This document shows, one piece after another, positions 1 to 10,417 of a stretch of DNA of 32,000 nucleotides (position 1 is the stretch's first letter; the number at the start of each line of letters is the position of its first letter). This DNA comes from Pyrolobus fumarii 1A (GTDB lineage: Archaea; Thermoproteota; Thermoprotei_A; Sulfolobales; Pyrodictiaceae). Where the stretch lies: positions 420,001-452,000 of the forward strand of contig NC_015931.1 of the NCBI RefSeq assembly GCF_000223395.1, in the 5' to 3' direction. The notes beneath the pieces are model-generated. The model saw nothing but the letters and a program-made list of their open reading frames with translations. It ran no database searches and was not told where the DNA came from. Both the position numbers and the translations under genes were made by a program.

Positions 1-1
1 T

Positions 2-958
2 TTCTGGGTTGAAAGACTACGCCCAAGCAGCCTGAGCGACTTGATGATCAATGTAGAAGCGTGGGTGAAGACCGGTGTTGCGTTAAGTATCGAAGATAGG
101 GTTGTCATAGGCGCTAGGATGCGTACAAGAAACTTGGACGGCGGCCCCGGAGCCTATACCGTCCTCTACACGCCCCCTGAGATGCGAAAGGCTGATAACA
201 GGATGTGCATAGGAGTTTATGCTGAATTATTCTGTGAGGGTGATGAAAAACCTAAGAGGATTCTAGGTGTACTGGGTGGCGACCGCGGCATCGCTGAGGT
301 GGTAACATCCAAGCCTATCCTGTACGAAAGTCTCAAAGACGAGTGGAATAAGGTGCGACAGCTGACTAATGCGAGTGTAAGAAGCATACGTTGCAGCTTT
401 TATGCGCTACTTGCCTCGCCGTTACCCCTCACTGTGAAAGAGGCAGAGGAGCTAGTAAATAATGGCAAAGTCTTAGGCAACAACATGGAACAAAGGAATG
501 CAACCCTCGCGGCTACATCATCAAGACTCGCTTCGAGACTCGGAGTTAGCAGGATAGAGTTGAGCATAGAGACACCTAGTAGATGGGAGGTTAGAAAACT
601 CCTAGAAACCATACTAGAAGGTGAAGGGGCACTCAGAGAGAAACTCGAGAAGCTGTTACAGCCGCGGCTAACGGCAAGAGGCATAGGATATGACATTGCA
701 TATAATGCCCCAAGACCCTACCATGTGATGCTCGAACCTGGAGGGATAATAGCGATTGAGGTGAAGATACAAGACACTATAGGCTCTCAAGCGGATCTCC
801 CGGCTAGGCTCCTCGAGGCCATCTACGTCGAGGGTATAGCAGATGATAGCCTCGCTAAACTCGGCTGGGGTACGGTCATACCAACAACACTACCGAGATT
901 ACATCCGCTAGCAGCAACACAATACAAACCTAGGCCTATATGTGTACCCTATGTTTGA
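2..958 (+). CDS. cmr3: Cmr3-like type III-B RAMP subunit (Cas5 family), 5'-truncated by the window edge
   Basis: The frame is open from nt 2, with no stop before the listed ATG at 41, so the gene enters from upstream. The motifs appear in the order remembered for Cmr3: VLYTPPE, GVLGGDRGIAEV (LGGE-type), RGIGYDIAYNAPRPYHVMLEPGGIIAIEV (GWD..PKP..PxGSV-type), and a C-terminal KLGWGT glycine loop. This is motif recall, not a search. Confidence 0.6.
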   Translation, partial: FWVERLRPSSLSDLMINVEAWVKTGVALSIEDRVVIGARMRTRNLDGGPGAYTVLYTPPEMRKADNRMCIGVYAELFCEGDEKPKRILGVLGGDRGIAEVVTSKPILYESLKDEWNKVRQLTNASVRSIRCSFYALLASPLPLTVKEAEELVNNGKVLGNNMEQRNATLAATSSRLASRLGVSRIELSIETPSRWEVRKLLETILEGEGALREKLEKLLQPRLTARGIGYDIAYNAPRPYHVMLEPGGIIAIEVKIQDTIGSQADLPARLLEAIYVEGIADDSLAKLGWGTVIPTTLPRLHPLAATQYKPRPICVPYV

Positions 959-1775
959 AAACGGAGATTGTGCTGGGCGAGATGTCGACTGCAGGGATCA
1001 GAGTGGTTACGACAGACAACCCATGTTGCAAGGGTGCCAGGATAGTAGCAGAGACTCCATGCGCTCTTAGACAATTATTCTTTTCTTACCGTATTGAAAC
1101 TATGTACGAGTTAATACGATATTTATTTGAGCTATGCTTGGTTAGTTAACGTAAATGGTAAGCACTTATAGCATGAGCCTTGGTAATGCAAAGGGGGCAT
1201 GGTGAATACGGCAAAGAGCTACACTTAATCTCTTACAGTTGGTGGTGATTGTTTTCTTAAGCACTGTGCAGAGTGCTCTGAAGGCGTTAAGGTATCGCGG
1301 AACATCCTCTGGCGAAGTTCGTCTGGCCAGGAATTACTTTTTATCAAAAGTTAGTTACAGTTGAACGTTTTACACCGTGTTAAAGTTATGCAGCAAGTAC
1401 ATGTTTCGATTCATTTGTGTTACCTGCAGCTCTCTAGTGCTCTCTTGATCGCCCCCGGTAGGCTGGTATTTACCTAGTGTGACGTTCGCCCATGTACTAT
1501 CTCCTGGCTCGGTGATAAGGTGCCGTCGTGTATTAGGGGTGTGGCCTTGTATATCATGAGGTTGTGCTTGACTAGTGTCATGTAGGCTTCGAGTATCCTC
1601 GTGTTGGGGTTGTCGTGTGGCGTGTCTGGGGCTCCCGGCGGACCTTGTAACTTTCCCTCTATTAGGCTTCTTGCTCTCTGGCTCCCGAGGCCTGTACTAA
1701 CGGAGCGTATCGTTTGTTGATGTTGACTCGAGACGGTTGGATTTAGGATGATTCTCAAACCTTGTGGCATGATGT

Positions 1776-2060
1776 GTGACGTGTAAGGGGAAAGCTAATT
1801 GGTTTGGAGAGTATGGTGTGTTTGGAGGTGCGAGGTTGTCTAGGGTTATAAGGGTGAGGTACGAGGGGGGTGTGCTTAAGCCGTTGGAGCCGTTGGATTT
1901 GGAGGAGGGGGAGGAGGTTCAGGTCGTTATAGGGGTTAGGCGGGGCTCTGTTACTAAGAAGCTTTACGGGATTGCGAAGAGGCGTAGACCGGAGCTTACA
2001 AGGGACGAGTTTCTAGAGGTTATCGAGGAGGTAGAGAATGAGGATATTCGTGGATTCTAG
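1776..2060 (+). CDS. vapB: DUF104/AF2212-like VapB-type antitoxin
   Basis: It carries the hallmark VIRVRYEGGVLKPLEPLDLEEGEEVQVVI and overlaps the downstream PIN gene by 23 nt. The in-frame TTG at 1836, preceded by GGAGGTG, is a more likely start than the listed one. Confidence 0.75.
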   Translation: MTCKGKANWFGEYGVFGGARLSRVIRVRYEGGVLKPLEPLDLEEGEEVQVVIGVRRGSVTKKLYGIAKRRRPELTRDEFLEVIEEVENEDIRGF

Positions 2061-2472
2061 CATAATCTTAGCATTTCTTGCGGGTCAGGACGAAAGGGCT
2101 TATAGAATTGTTGAGGAGATAGAAAACCACGCAATCATCGGCTATATTAATGCTGTTGTAGTGGATGAAGTTGTCCACGGTTATCTAAGACTAGCAACTG
2201 GGCTTAGCTCAAAGAGGATAAGGCAATTGTTGGCGAAGAGAGACAGGAGGCTTGTCGAGTTGGTTAAAAGCGATGTGGAACCCTTACTGAAGCTGTTTAT
2301 AACCTTACCTATAGTGCTGGAGCCTCACGAGATAATCGAGGCTATGGAAGAGTATGGTCTCATGCCAGCGGACGCGGTAATCGCACTAACGTGCAAACAC
2401 TACGGCATATATACCATTGCAGCGCTCGACGACGATTTCAGGAGAATCCCGTGGCTCAAGGTAATCCCGTAA
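2038..2472 (+). CDS. vapC: PIN-domain toxin (VapC)
   Basis: The N-terminus reads MRIFVDSSIILAFL. A conserved acidic residue occurs at VVDEVVHGY, and the C-terminal ALDDDF matches the PIN T/xD..F motif. It is translationally coupled to the DUF104 gene. Confidence 0.8.
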   Translation: MRIFVDSSIILAFLAGQDERAYRIVEEIENHAIIGYINAVVVDEVVHGYLRLATGLSSKRIRQLLAKRDRRLVELVKSDVEPLLKLFITLPIVLEPHEIIEAMEEYGLMPADAVIALTCKHYGIYTIAALDDDFRRIPWLKVIP

Positions 2473-2619
2473 CCTAGGACACTAGGTTATCGCGTTTCCA
2501 ACGGTGTAGGCCTCTTATCAAGGATACATGCAATTCCTCTAGGAAGAGGGTTACACGAGGTTATGATTATGGCGGGGCCGCCGGGATTTGGACCCCGGAC
2601 CTCCGTCTCATCTACCGCA

Positions 2620-3125
2620 CCCTTGATGATTGCAGGTCTTCCCGGCCGTACCCGGTGCAGAGGTCCTCGGTGAGCGACTGGAGGTGCTTGATGCACCACT
2701 CGCCACCATCCAGGCCGATAATGCTGGCGATGTAATCCACGTTATGGCTACTCGTCTCCCCAGAGGAGTCCCCGGAGGAATCTTCTCCGCGAGACCCCGT
2801 ATATCCTAGCCTCTGGGCTCCGCCTCCCGGCGGGCATCGAGGCCTGCTCGGCTACAGCGCTGGCTTCAATACCCGCGCCCGGGACGATGGGTGTATGCTC
2901 GAGGCGCTCTCCTAGGGTCGTCGATGTACACGGTCACCATATCCCCGTTTGAGCCGTCGGAGGCTCGCGTGGTAGTCTTGTCTTCTTGTACGCCTCCGGC
3001 CCGTGAAGGAGCACCGGGAGGTGCGTGCCACGCTCGGCTAGGCTAGCCAGAGCCCTAAGCTCCTCCGCACGGCTGACGAGATGCGGCTGTGCCGCCAGCC
3101 CCCCTACCAACTCGGGCGCGAAACC
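2620..3125 (-). pseudogene. Decayed Arch_ATPase-like gene (multiple frameshifts, degenerate Walker A)
   Basis: My minus-strand translation of 3125-2934 gives ...PHLVSRAEELRALASLAERGTHLPVLLHGPEAYKKTRL... followed by a stop. Compare FVDRERGL...FPVVIYGPEGCGKTAFL in the intact ATPase at 12946. Further fragments, such as DYIASIIGLDGGEW, continue in other frames down to about 2620. Confidence 0.4.
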
Positions 3126-3158
3126 CTAGCATGCTGGTATTCGTCCGGGGATGGCTTT

Positions 3159-3581
3159 TCACGGGTCTATCCCTCGTTTGTGTGCCTCCTCGAGCAGCTT
3201 GGCTGCAAGCACTACGGGCTTGCTGTACTCCCTCTCCTCGACCAGCCTCCTCACGAGCCGCATATCGACAGTCGCGTACTCGTGTACGACGATGTTGCGG
3301 AAGCCTGCTATGCTCTTTAGGAGCCTCGCCTCGGCGTCGTTGATGACGCCTTCTCTCCTAAGCGCCTGGATGGCCTCACGCGTTGTGCTCGGGGTGTAGC
3401 CCAGCTCGGCTGCGAAACGCTTAGCCATGTCTATCAGCGCCTGGGCTTGCACCTGGAGGAGGTGGAGGGCGGCCAGCTCCTCGACCCACGTCCTCAGCCC
3501 CATCTCTCGGAGCCTGTCGAGCCTCTCCGCGGCCTCGACAACCGTGTTGTAGAGTCTCGCAAGGATGCCCGTGGCCCCCAC
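3159..3581 (-). CDS. hepT: DUF86/HepT HEPN-family toxin
   Basis: It carries the GFRNIVVHEY (R-x4-H HEPN) motif and lies downstream of and overlapping an MNT gene. The start is uncertain. An internal Met at about 3503 would reduce the 88-nt overlap. Confidence 0.75.
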   Translation of the reverse strand: MGATGILARLYNTVVEAAERLDRLREMGLRTWVEELAALHLLQVQAQALIDMAKRFAAELGYTPSTTREAIQALRREGVINDAEARLLKSIAGFRNIVVHEYATVDMRLVRRLVEEREYSKPVVLAAKLLEEAHKRGIDP

Positions 3582-4030
3582 CTGCGTAGAGCGGCCCGCA
3601 CCGCAGCCTCAATAACGTTGAGCTTGCGGCTGGATATCGCCTCGTCCTCGCAGACGCCGAGCCTCCTGAGCAGCTCGTCTATGAGCGCCCCCCGATCCAC
3701 CGTATAGAGGATCACATTGTGCCTCGCGGCCTCCTCTAGGAGGGGGCACGGAGCCTCATCGAGGCCGATCACGTCCACCTGGTCCGGGTCTATGCCCAGG
3801 GCGTCCGAGACCGTGAGCATAACCCTAAGCTTCTCCTCCATGTCGAGGTGTCTACCCCCGCAGGGCAGTACGAGCAGGTCTACGTCGCGGCCTACGCCCC
3901 TCCGCGCGAGAGACCCTACGAGCAGCACGTGGCAGACCCCAAGCTTACGCCACTCTAGCCTCCTCAACCTCTCCACGACATCGGCAGCATTGAGCAATAG
4001 CCTGCGCCGTGCCCGGAGAGCAAGAGCCAA
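3494..4030 (-). CDS. mntA: Minimal nucleotidyltransferase antitoxin (MntA-like)
   Basis: VLLVGSLARRGVGRDVDLLVL matches the GS-x(n)-DxD NTase signature. The C-terminal ~30 aa look non-native and overlap hepT, so a frameshift or a long overlap is possible. Confidence 0.7.
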   Translation of the reverse strand: MALALRARRRLLLNAADVVERLRRLEWRKLGVCHVLLVGSLARRGVGRDVDLLVLPCGGRHLDMEEKLRVMLTVSDALGIDPDQVDVIGLDEAPCPLLEEAARHNVILYTVDRGALIDELLRRLGVCEDEAISSRKLNVIEAAVRAALRRWGPRASLRDSTTRLSRPRRGSTGSERWG

Positions 4031-4145
4031 GCCTTAAACGCCTGGCGCGCCGATCAGCCAACGTCGCAGCTACAGCCCTTCGCCGTATGATCGTCGCTGG
4101 GCAGGAGCCGCGGCGAGATCCGCCCTCTACCGGCTGTGCCCAGGC

Positions 4146-4526
4146 TCACCCGCCCGGCACGCCGCTGCGCGGACACGGCAAGACGAGCAACAACAGTATC
4201 AGTGTGGCCTTTAGGGCCTCTACGGCCACGCCTATGAGGCTCTCCGTCGCCGCCCAGAGGGGTAGTGACGCGAGGATAGCCAGGTCGAGCGAGGCTGCCA
4301 CCACGCCCAGGAGCCGCCCGAGGCTGACGCCACGGTAGAGCAGGAAGCCCGCCACGATGTAAGACCAGCAGACGGCGAGGTACAGCGCCACAGTCTCACC
4401 GTACAACGCGTAGTGATCCGAGATGTGCAGCGGCCACCCTCCAAGAATTATGCCGAACAACCCGGTAACAATCATGAAGACCGCGGCTAGCCTCACAGGG
4501 TTATAGCTCGCCCCGTCTCTCTGCAA
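4146..4526 (-). CDS. Small polytopic membrane protein (about 4 TM helices), unknown function
   Basis: The sequence has hydrophobic segments AAVFMIVTGLFGIILGG, VALYLAVCWSYIVAGFLLY, LLGVVAASLDLAILASL and ATLILLLLVL. No family was recognised. Confidence 0.5.
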   Translation of the reverse strand: MQRDGASYNPVRLAAVFMIVTGLFGIILGGWPLHISDHYALYGETVALYLAVCWSYIVAGFLLYRGVSLGRLLGVVAASLDLAILASLPLWAATESLIGVAVEALKATLILLLLVLPCPRSGVPGG

Positions 4527-4886
4527 CGTAAACCCTACTACTACAGACGCGACGCACGAATATTAAAGGAGGAGTTTGGCCCACTTGCCCCTACCAGCGT
4601 GCATGGCGAGGCTTTGAGACCACCTCGAGGCCAGGAGCACCGGAGGGCATCACTATGCACGAGTAGCGGTAGGTGCGGCGTCCTCCGTCGAGCCCCTGGC
4701 GCTTGCCCCGGACCCGGGCCCGGCGGCGCAACGTCACTCGTCATCACGTGTGTCTCGGCGCGAGGCGGGCCGGATAACGACACCAGTGTTGCGAGCTATC
4801 GTCCCTCCGAGGCCGAGCCCCGATCCGCGCCGGGGAAGCGTTAAACTAGTTTCGCTTCTACCCTGAGTGCCCCCAGTGGTGCGGTT

Positions 4887-5327
4887 TTGCCGAGCATCGA
4901 GGAGTATAGGCTGCTGTTGCAGCGTAGCAGGATGTTCCTCGAGGAGGCTCGCGACGCGCTCGCCAAGCAGCGTTACGATCTGGCGGTTTTCCTCGCAGAG
5001 CAGGGACTACAGCTCTACCTCAGGGCTCAGCTTCTCCGCGTGCTGGGCGACTACCCTAGAACCCATAGCATCCGGCAGCTCCTCGCTATGCTCTCGAGGG
5101 CTCTCGGCGGCGAGGCCGAGAGGGAGATAGCCGAGTTCATGAGGCGCGAGAGGCCCCGCCTCTCCGAGCTCGAGGATGTGTATATAGCTTCTCGCTACAC
5201 TCTACGCGTCTACACGAGGGAGGACGCCGAGGACATACTATCCACCGTGGAGAGGGTGACAGCCCTTGTCGAGAAGCTACTCAGAGGTACTCCTCGAGAC
5301 GATGCTCGAGAGGAGACGCATGCTTAG
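4887..5327 (+). CDS. HEPN-domain protein (PF05168-type)
   Basis: YPRTHSIRQLL and IASRY motifs match the pattern PKTHSI...ARYP seen in the paralogue at 16392-16850. It is paired with the downstream NTase. Confidence 0.7.
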   Translation: MPSIEEYRLLLQRSRMFLEEARDALAKQRYDLAVFLAEQGLQLYLRAQLLRVLGDYPRTHSIRQLLAMLSRALGGEAEREIAEFMRRERPRLSELEDVYIASRYTLRVYTREDAEDILSTVERVTALVEKLLRGTPRDDAREETHA

Positions 5328-5625
5328 AAACTGGAAGCGGCTCGCGGAGGCAGTAGCCAGGGTCGTCAGGGAGGCCTACCCCGACGCCCGCGTCTACCTA
5401 ACCGGCAGCGTGGCTAGGGGAGAATGGACCGCAGCAAGCGACGTGGATATACTCGTAGCGCTCGACCATGAACCCTCTCCGCGAGAAGCGGCACAGGTGA
5501 TAGAATACATCTGGGAGAAGCTAGGCCTACCACCCAACCACCCCCTCGAGATACACGTGATCGGACCCCAAAGCCTCGAGAAGTACAGGAGACGCGCACC
5601 CCTCCAACCCCTAGACACCAAGTGA
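5266..5625 (+). CDS. Minimal nucleotidyltransferase (MNT, PF01909-type)
   Basis: It carries VYLTGSVARGEWTAASDVDILVAL. The likely true start is the ATG at 5320, which overlaps the HEPN stop (5325-5327) by 8 nt. Confidence 0.75.
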   Translation: MSRSYSEVLLETMLERRRMLRNWKRLAEAVARVVREAYPDARVYLTGSVARGEWTAASDVDILVALDHEPSPREAAQVIEYIWEKLGLPPNHPLEIHVIGPQSLEKYRRRAPLQPLDTK

Positions 5626-5697
5626 AGCCCCGAACAGGCACAGAGACAACCCCAACCCCATACGAACAGTCACATCCACCCAGGGGCTCCACACCCC

Positions 5698-8600
5698 TCT
5701 TCAATCCGTTCTTGGTTGTTTCTTCAAAGCTCCATATTTTGTCCTCCAAGGCGAGATACTACCGCTTTCTTTCAATTCATTCCTGGTTGTCTCTCCACCC
5801 TTAGACCTACGCCAAATGCCTTACTTTCATACTAACCAACTTTCAATTCATTCTTTGTTGTTTCGTCCTCGCGGCGCTAGTGCTACTTGTGCCTGCTCTG
5901 GCGGCTAGCATCTTTCAATTCATTCTTTGTTGTTTCCGGCAAATGCAGCACGTTGTAGTGCCATACCTATCTGCATGGCCTTTCAATTCATTCTTTGTTG
6001 TTTCCTACAGCCAGTGGCGACGATGGACGATGTGAAGACGCTCCACCTTTCAATTCATTCTTTGTTGTTTCTCGTATACCTGGCGGAGTGGCTCCGTGCT
6101 CATTATCGTGTCTAGCTTTCAATTCATTCTTTGTTGTTTCCCGCTACGCCGCACTCGTTGACCTTCCGCCCCATCCCAAGAGTATCTTTCAATTCATTCT
6201 TTGTTGTTTCCCGTGCGGGCTGGGGAGGGGCGGGCGGAGACACCGAGGCACAGCCTTTCAATTCATTCTTTGTTGTTTCGAGCCGCAGCAGAGACTCCTC
6301 CTGGCCCGGCACCGGGTCTTTCAATTCATTCTTTGTTGTTTCCACTACGACGACTACCAGCCAACAAGCTTCGACAACGACCTTTCAATTCATTCTTTGT
6401 TGTTTCCTCACAGCACGTCACCCCACTACCATGACAACCACCCTGCCACTTTCAATTCATTCTTTGTTGTTTCACATAGTGCCGCTTGAGCGCATTGACG
6501 ACCCGGAGCGGTTCCTTTCAATTCATTCTTTGTTGTTTCCCGCCCTGCTGTACGCTATCAAACAAAATCCGAACATACTGCGCCTTTCAATTCATTCTTT
6601 GTTGTTTCGTGCGCATGCTCGTGCTAGTCACCCGCGGATTGCACTACTTCCTTTCAATTCATTCTTTGTTGTTTCTTTGGTATCGGTATTCTGCTTGGTG
6701 CAATTGCTAACGCCACCAACTTTCAATTCATTCTTTGTTGTTTCCTTATGCCCTCTTTTGCCCACTTGCGGAATAGCTCTATCCACTGACTTTCAATTCA
6801 TTCTTTGTTGTTTCTACGAGGCGCCCGACTGGCACCCGGAGGGAGTCACGGTAACCGTGCTTTCAATTCATTCTTTGTTGTTTCTGGGCAGCCGCCAAAG
6901 CCCGTCTATGCCAGCGGCGGCTACCTTTCAATTCATTCTTTGTTGTTTCTAGGCCTGCTAACACCCTGGCTCATACTAGGAGCAATGGCGACGGGCTACG
7001 TCTTTCAATTCATTCTTTGTTGTTTCCTGGCCCTGCAGGTCGATCACTGGGGTTATCGTGGTGTTCTTTCAATTCATTCTTTGTTGTTTCAAAAGATTGC
7101 TAAATGGCTCGAAGAGGACTTGTCTGACGAACTTTCAATTCATTCTTTGTTGTTTCGGGTTCATAGCATGGGCGGTTGGTATAGACGCCGAGATGGCCAG
7201 GCTTTCAATTCATTCTTTGTTGTTTCTAAGGGCGAGGAGCGCGAGGTTGACATGTGGGTCGTGCTTTCAATTCATTCTTTGTTGTTTCCTCGTCGCTACC
7301 CTCGATGAGGTACGGTGGTAGCATGAGCGCTGTCTTTCAATTCATTCTTTGTTGTTTCGCTCAGGTCCTCCGGTGCGTTCTCCAGCGCGTAGTTAACCTT
7401 TCAATTCATTCTTTGTTGTTTCGGGCGGACAGTTCTTCCACTACACGGTGTTGTCGTGGCTAACGCTTTCAATTCATTCTTTGTTGTTTCTATGCCTCGC
7501 GCCTTGGCCCAAGAACCTATATCGCGTACTCGTGCTTTCAATTCATTCTTTGTTGTTTCCCAGGATGGCCGCCGCGGCGGCAAAGATGTCCGCCTCTACC
7601 AACTTTCAATTCATTCTTTGTTGTTTCTCGGCTCGGCTTCCGTTCCTAGAGCGGCGGTATCGCCTAGAACTTTCAATTCATTCTTTGTTGTTTCTATGTA
7701 ACGCCGCGTTTCAGTGGCATGACGATGAGATGGGTGCTTTCAATTCATTCTTTGTTGTTTCACGAGAGCGGCGGCACGATATGCGAGTGTGAAGCCGACG
7801 ATGTCCTTTCAATTCATTCTTTGTTGTTTCACAGGGCCTCTCTACTCGACGCCAGGAAGCTGGTAAGGGTACTTTCAATTCATTCTTTGTTGTTTCCACG
7901 TTCTCCAGCCACTTTAGGAGCCACTCTTTCTTCTCCCCTTTCAATTCATTCTTTGTTGTTTCCCATGCGGCGGCTGCCGCTTCTCCACCAGCCGTCTTCA
8001 TACTTTCAATTCATTCTTTGTTGTTTCCTCGACCTTATCGCATGGCATGCAGTGAGCATGAGGAATGTCCTTTCAATTCATTCTTTGTTGTTTCCGCATA
8101 CCCTCTATACGCGGTGCGGGGATCCGGAAATGGTGGCTTTCAATTCATTCTTTGTTGTTTCCAGGCTTGGGTCGTGTCCACGCCCGAAGTCCGGTATCTT
8201 GCCAGGCTTTCAATTCATTCTTTGTTGTTTCACGTAGCTTAGGGTCGAACATGCCAACCGCTGGCTCTGTGTGCTTTCAATTCATTCTTTGTTGTTTCGA
8301 GGCTCTGGCAGATGGCCAAGGGCAGTGCTGGCAAGAAGCGGCTTTCAATTCATTCTTTGTTGTTTCCGTCCTTCGCGGGTTTACGCGTGGGGGTGCGTGG
8401 GATGGAGGCCGCCTTTCAATTCATTCTTTGTTGTTTCACACGCGTTTTTTCAACTTGCGCGACCTCGCACATCACGATCTGCCTTTCAATTCATTCTTTG
8501 TTGTTTCTTACGCGGTAGGCCCACGCGGAGGTGGTCGCGGGTGAAGCTTTCAATTCATTCTTTGTTGTTTCTATCGCGACAAACGTGCGCAGTGATGGAC

Positions 8601-10417
8601 GAATATACCTCCTTTCAATTCATTCTTTGTTGTTTCACAGTGGAGGTGAGCAAGCCATCCGACTGGTCTAGGAACAGGGCTACTTTCAATTCATTCTTTG
8701 TTGTTTCATGGGCTGTGTCGCGAGAACTGCTACCACGCGTGTATCATGGCATTGCTTTCAATTCATTCTTTGTTGTTTCCCGTGTGTGGCAAAAGTCGAA
8801 GGCAGAGGCGGCTACAAACCAACTTTCAATTCATTCTTTGTTGTTTCCTTGATTCTCAGCGCCACGAACGACGCTCTAGTATCGTCAATGACCTTTCAAT
8901 TCATTCTTTGTTGTTTCAGGCTGAACAGCTAGCACGGGGGAGGACACGAGCCATGAACGACTTTCAATTCATTCTTTGTTGTTTCGTGACGGGGTACCTA
9001 GCCACGGTTGTCACCTCCTAGATGTTCATACTTTCAATTCATTCTTTGTTGTTTCTCGCGGTAATAGTCCCCAGCGTCCGGGTCCACTGGTATCTCGACT
9101 TTCAATTCATTCTTTGTTGTTTCACTGAGGCCAGGGAGGAGCGGGAGCAGAAGCCCAGCGAGGCTTGCTTTCAATTCATTCTTTGTTGTTTCCGCGCGAC
9201 GTTATGGTCGTTCCCGCCGCGTCCGCCTCATCTTTCAATTCATTCTTTGTTGTTTCCTCGCTTCGAGAGGATAGTGATAAGGTGCGAGCCTATGACGCTT
9301 TCAATTCATTCTTTGTTGTTTCGTTAAACTAGAAATGAAAGCGCAAGGTTGTGAAAACGGGTGCTTTCAATTCATTCTTTGTTGTTTCCCCAGAAATATC
9401 TCGAACCGGAAATATCGAGCCCCGATAGGGTCACATTCCTTTCAATTCATTCTTTGTTGTTTCCTCACCCACCCGACCAGCGACCCATCACTAGCATTGT
9501 AGAACTCCCTTTCAATTCATTCTTTGTTGTTTCGTATTTGCACCACCAGCCGCAAGGCAGTATATGCCGCTTTTTCACTTTCAATTCATTCTTTGTTGTT
9601 TCCGCCTGGAGGTCTTCTGCGAGTGCAAGGGGTGTAGAGCCACTTTCAATTCATTCTTTGTTGTTTCATGATCTCAAATCGCGTCTCTTTACCGCCGCGA
9701 TCCTCTCCAGGCTTTCAATTCATTCTTTGTTGTTTCCATCAACGCTGTATCGTTCTTCCGCGATACGCCAAACCACTTGCTTTCAATTCATTCTTTGTTG
9801 TTTCGGATGTTACAACCCCAATAGTACCCAGTGTTGCATGTTCTCTTTCAATTCATTCTTTGTTGTTTCCGCGAGTGGTGGTTCGTGAAGGCGCGTCGCA
9901 TAACCGTGCTTTCAATTCATTCTTTGTTGTTTCCGCAGTTCCTGGCCACTGCCCGCCAGGTGCTAGAGAAGCTCGACTTTCAATTCATTCTTTGTTGTTT
10001 CTTTGGCTTCTCTTCATCCTCTAGACAATCACCGAGAATCAAGTCCTTTCAATTCATTCTTTGTTGTTTCATACATGTATGGGGTGGAGGTAGGTGATGC
10101 GACCAGTCATAGGCCCTTTCAATTCATTCTTTGTTGTTTCGCGCAAATGCTCGATACGTCCGCGGGAATATCCGCCTGTAGGCCTCCAGCTTTCAATTCA
10201 TTCTTTGTTGTTTCAAGTCCGGAATCTCGCTGGAGATGCCGAGGCGCGGTTTCGACTTTCAATTCATTCTTTGTTGTTTCACGGCCGCTGGCATATCCTC
10301 GCTCAGTAGCGTAGCTCCGATCAACTTTCAATTCATTCTTTGTTGTTTCCTGAAGGTTATGCTGGTGGTGTATGATGGTGGAATGCCAGTTACTTTCAAT
10401 TCATTCTTTGTTGTTTC
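5698..10417 (-). CRISPR. CRISPR array 1: 70 repeat units, 69 spacers
   Basis: There are 68 identical 25-nt repeats, CTTTCAATTCATTCTTTGTTGTTTC on the + strand, from 5840-5864 to 10393-10417. Two degenerate units lie at 5698-5722 and 5769-5793. Spacers are 37-52 nt and all look distinct by eye. Three observations indicate minus-strand transcription: the decayed units are at the left end, a conserved leader is at the right end, and the reverse complement ends in ATTGAAAG. Confidence 0.97.

Noticed and set aside
2570-2602. A tRNA-like T-arm, acceptor strand and CCA on the minus strand.
   Set aside because: It is not a functional tRNA. No 5' acceptor strand, D-arm or anticodon arm lies upstream. 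The T-loop has C at the position of the invariant U55, and the T-stem needs a mismatch or an 8-nt loop. It is kept only as a possible att remnant.
3081-3400. Three overlapping + strand ORFs of about 80 aa each.
   Set aside because: They overlap the DUF86/HepT gene and the ATPase pseudogene on the opposite strand, and none has recognisable motifs.
4541-4886. GC-rich intergenic region with several 80-aa ORFs and a minus-strand GTGATGA (C-box-like) near 4741-4747.
   Set aside because: The ORFs are R/P/G-rich with no support. No D or D' box (CTGA) follows the C-box-like heptamer at the expected spacing, so it is not a C/D-box sRNA.
9389-9438. A 50-nt spacer with an internal direct repeat (GAAATATC twice). 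The 52-nt spacer at 6950-7001 was also examined.
   Set aside because: I considered whether each hides a missed or mutated repeat, meaning two fused spacers. No repeat-like sequence is present inside either. They are treated as the long end of the spacer-length distribution.
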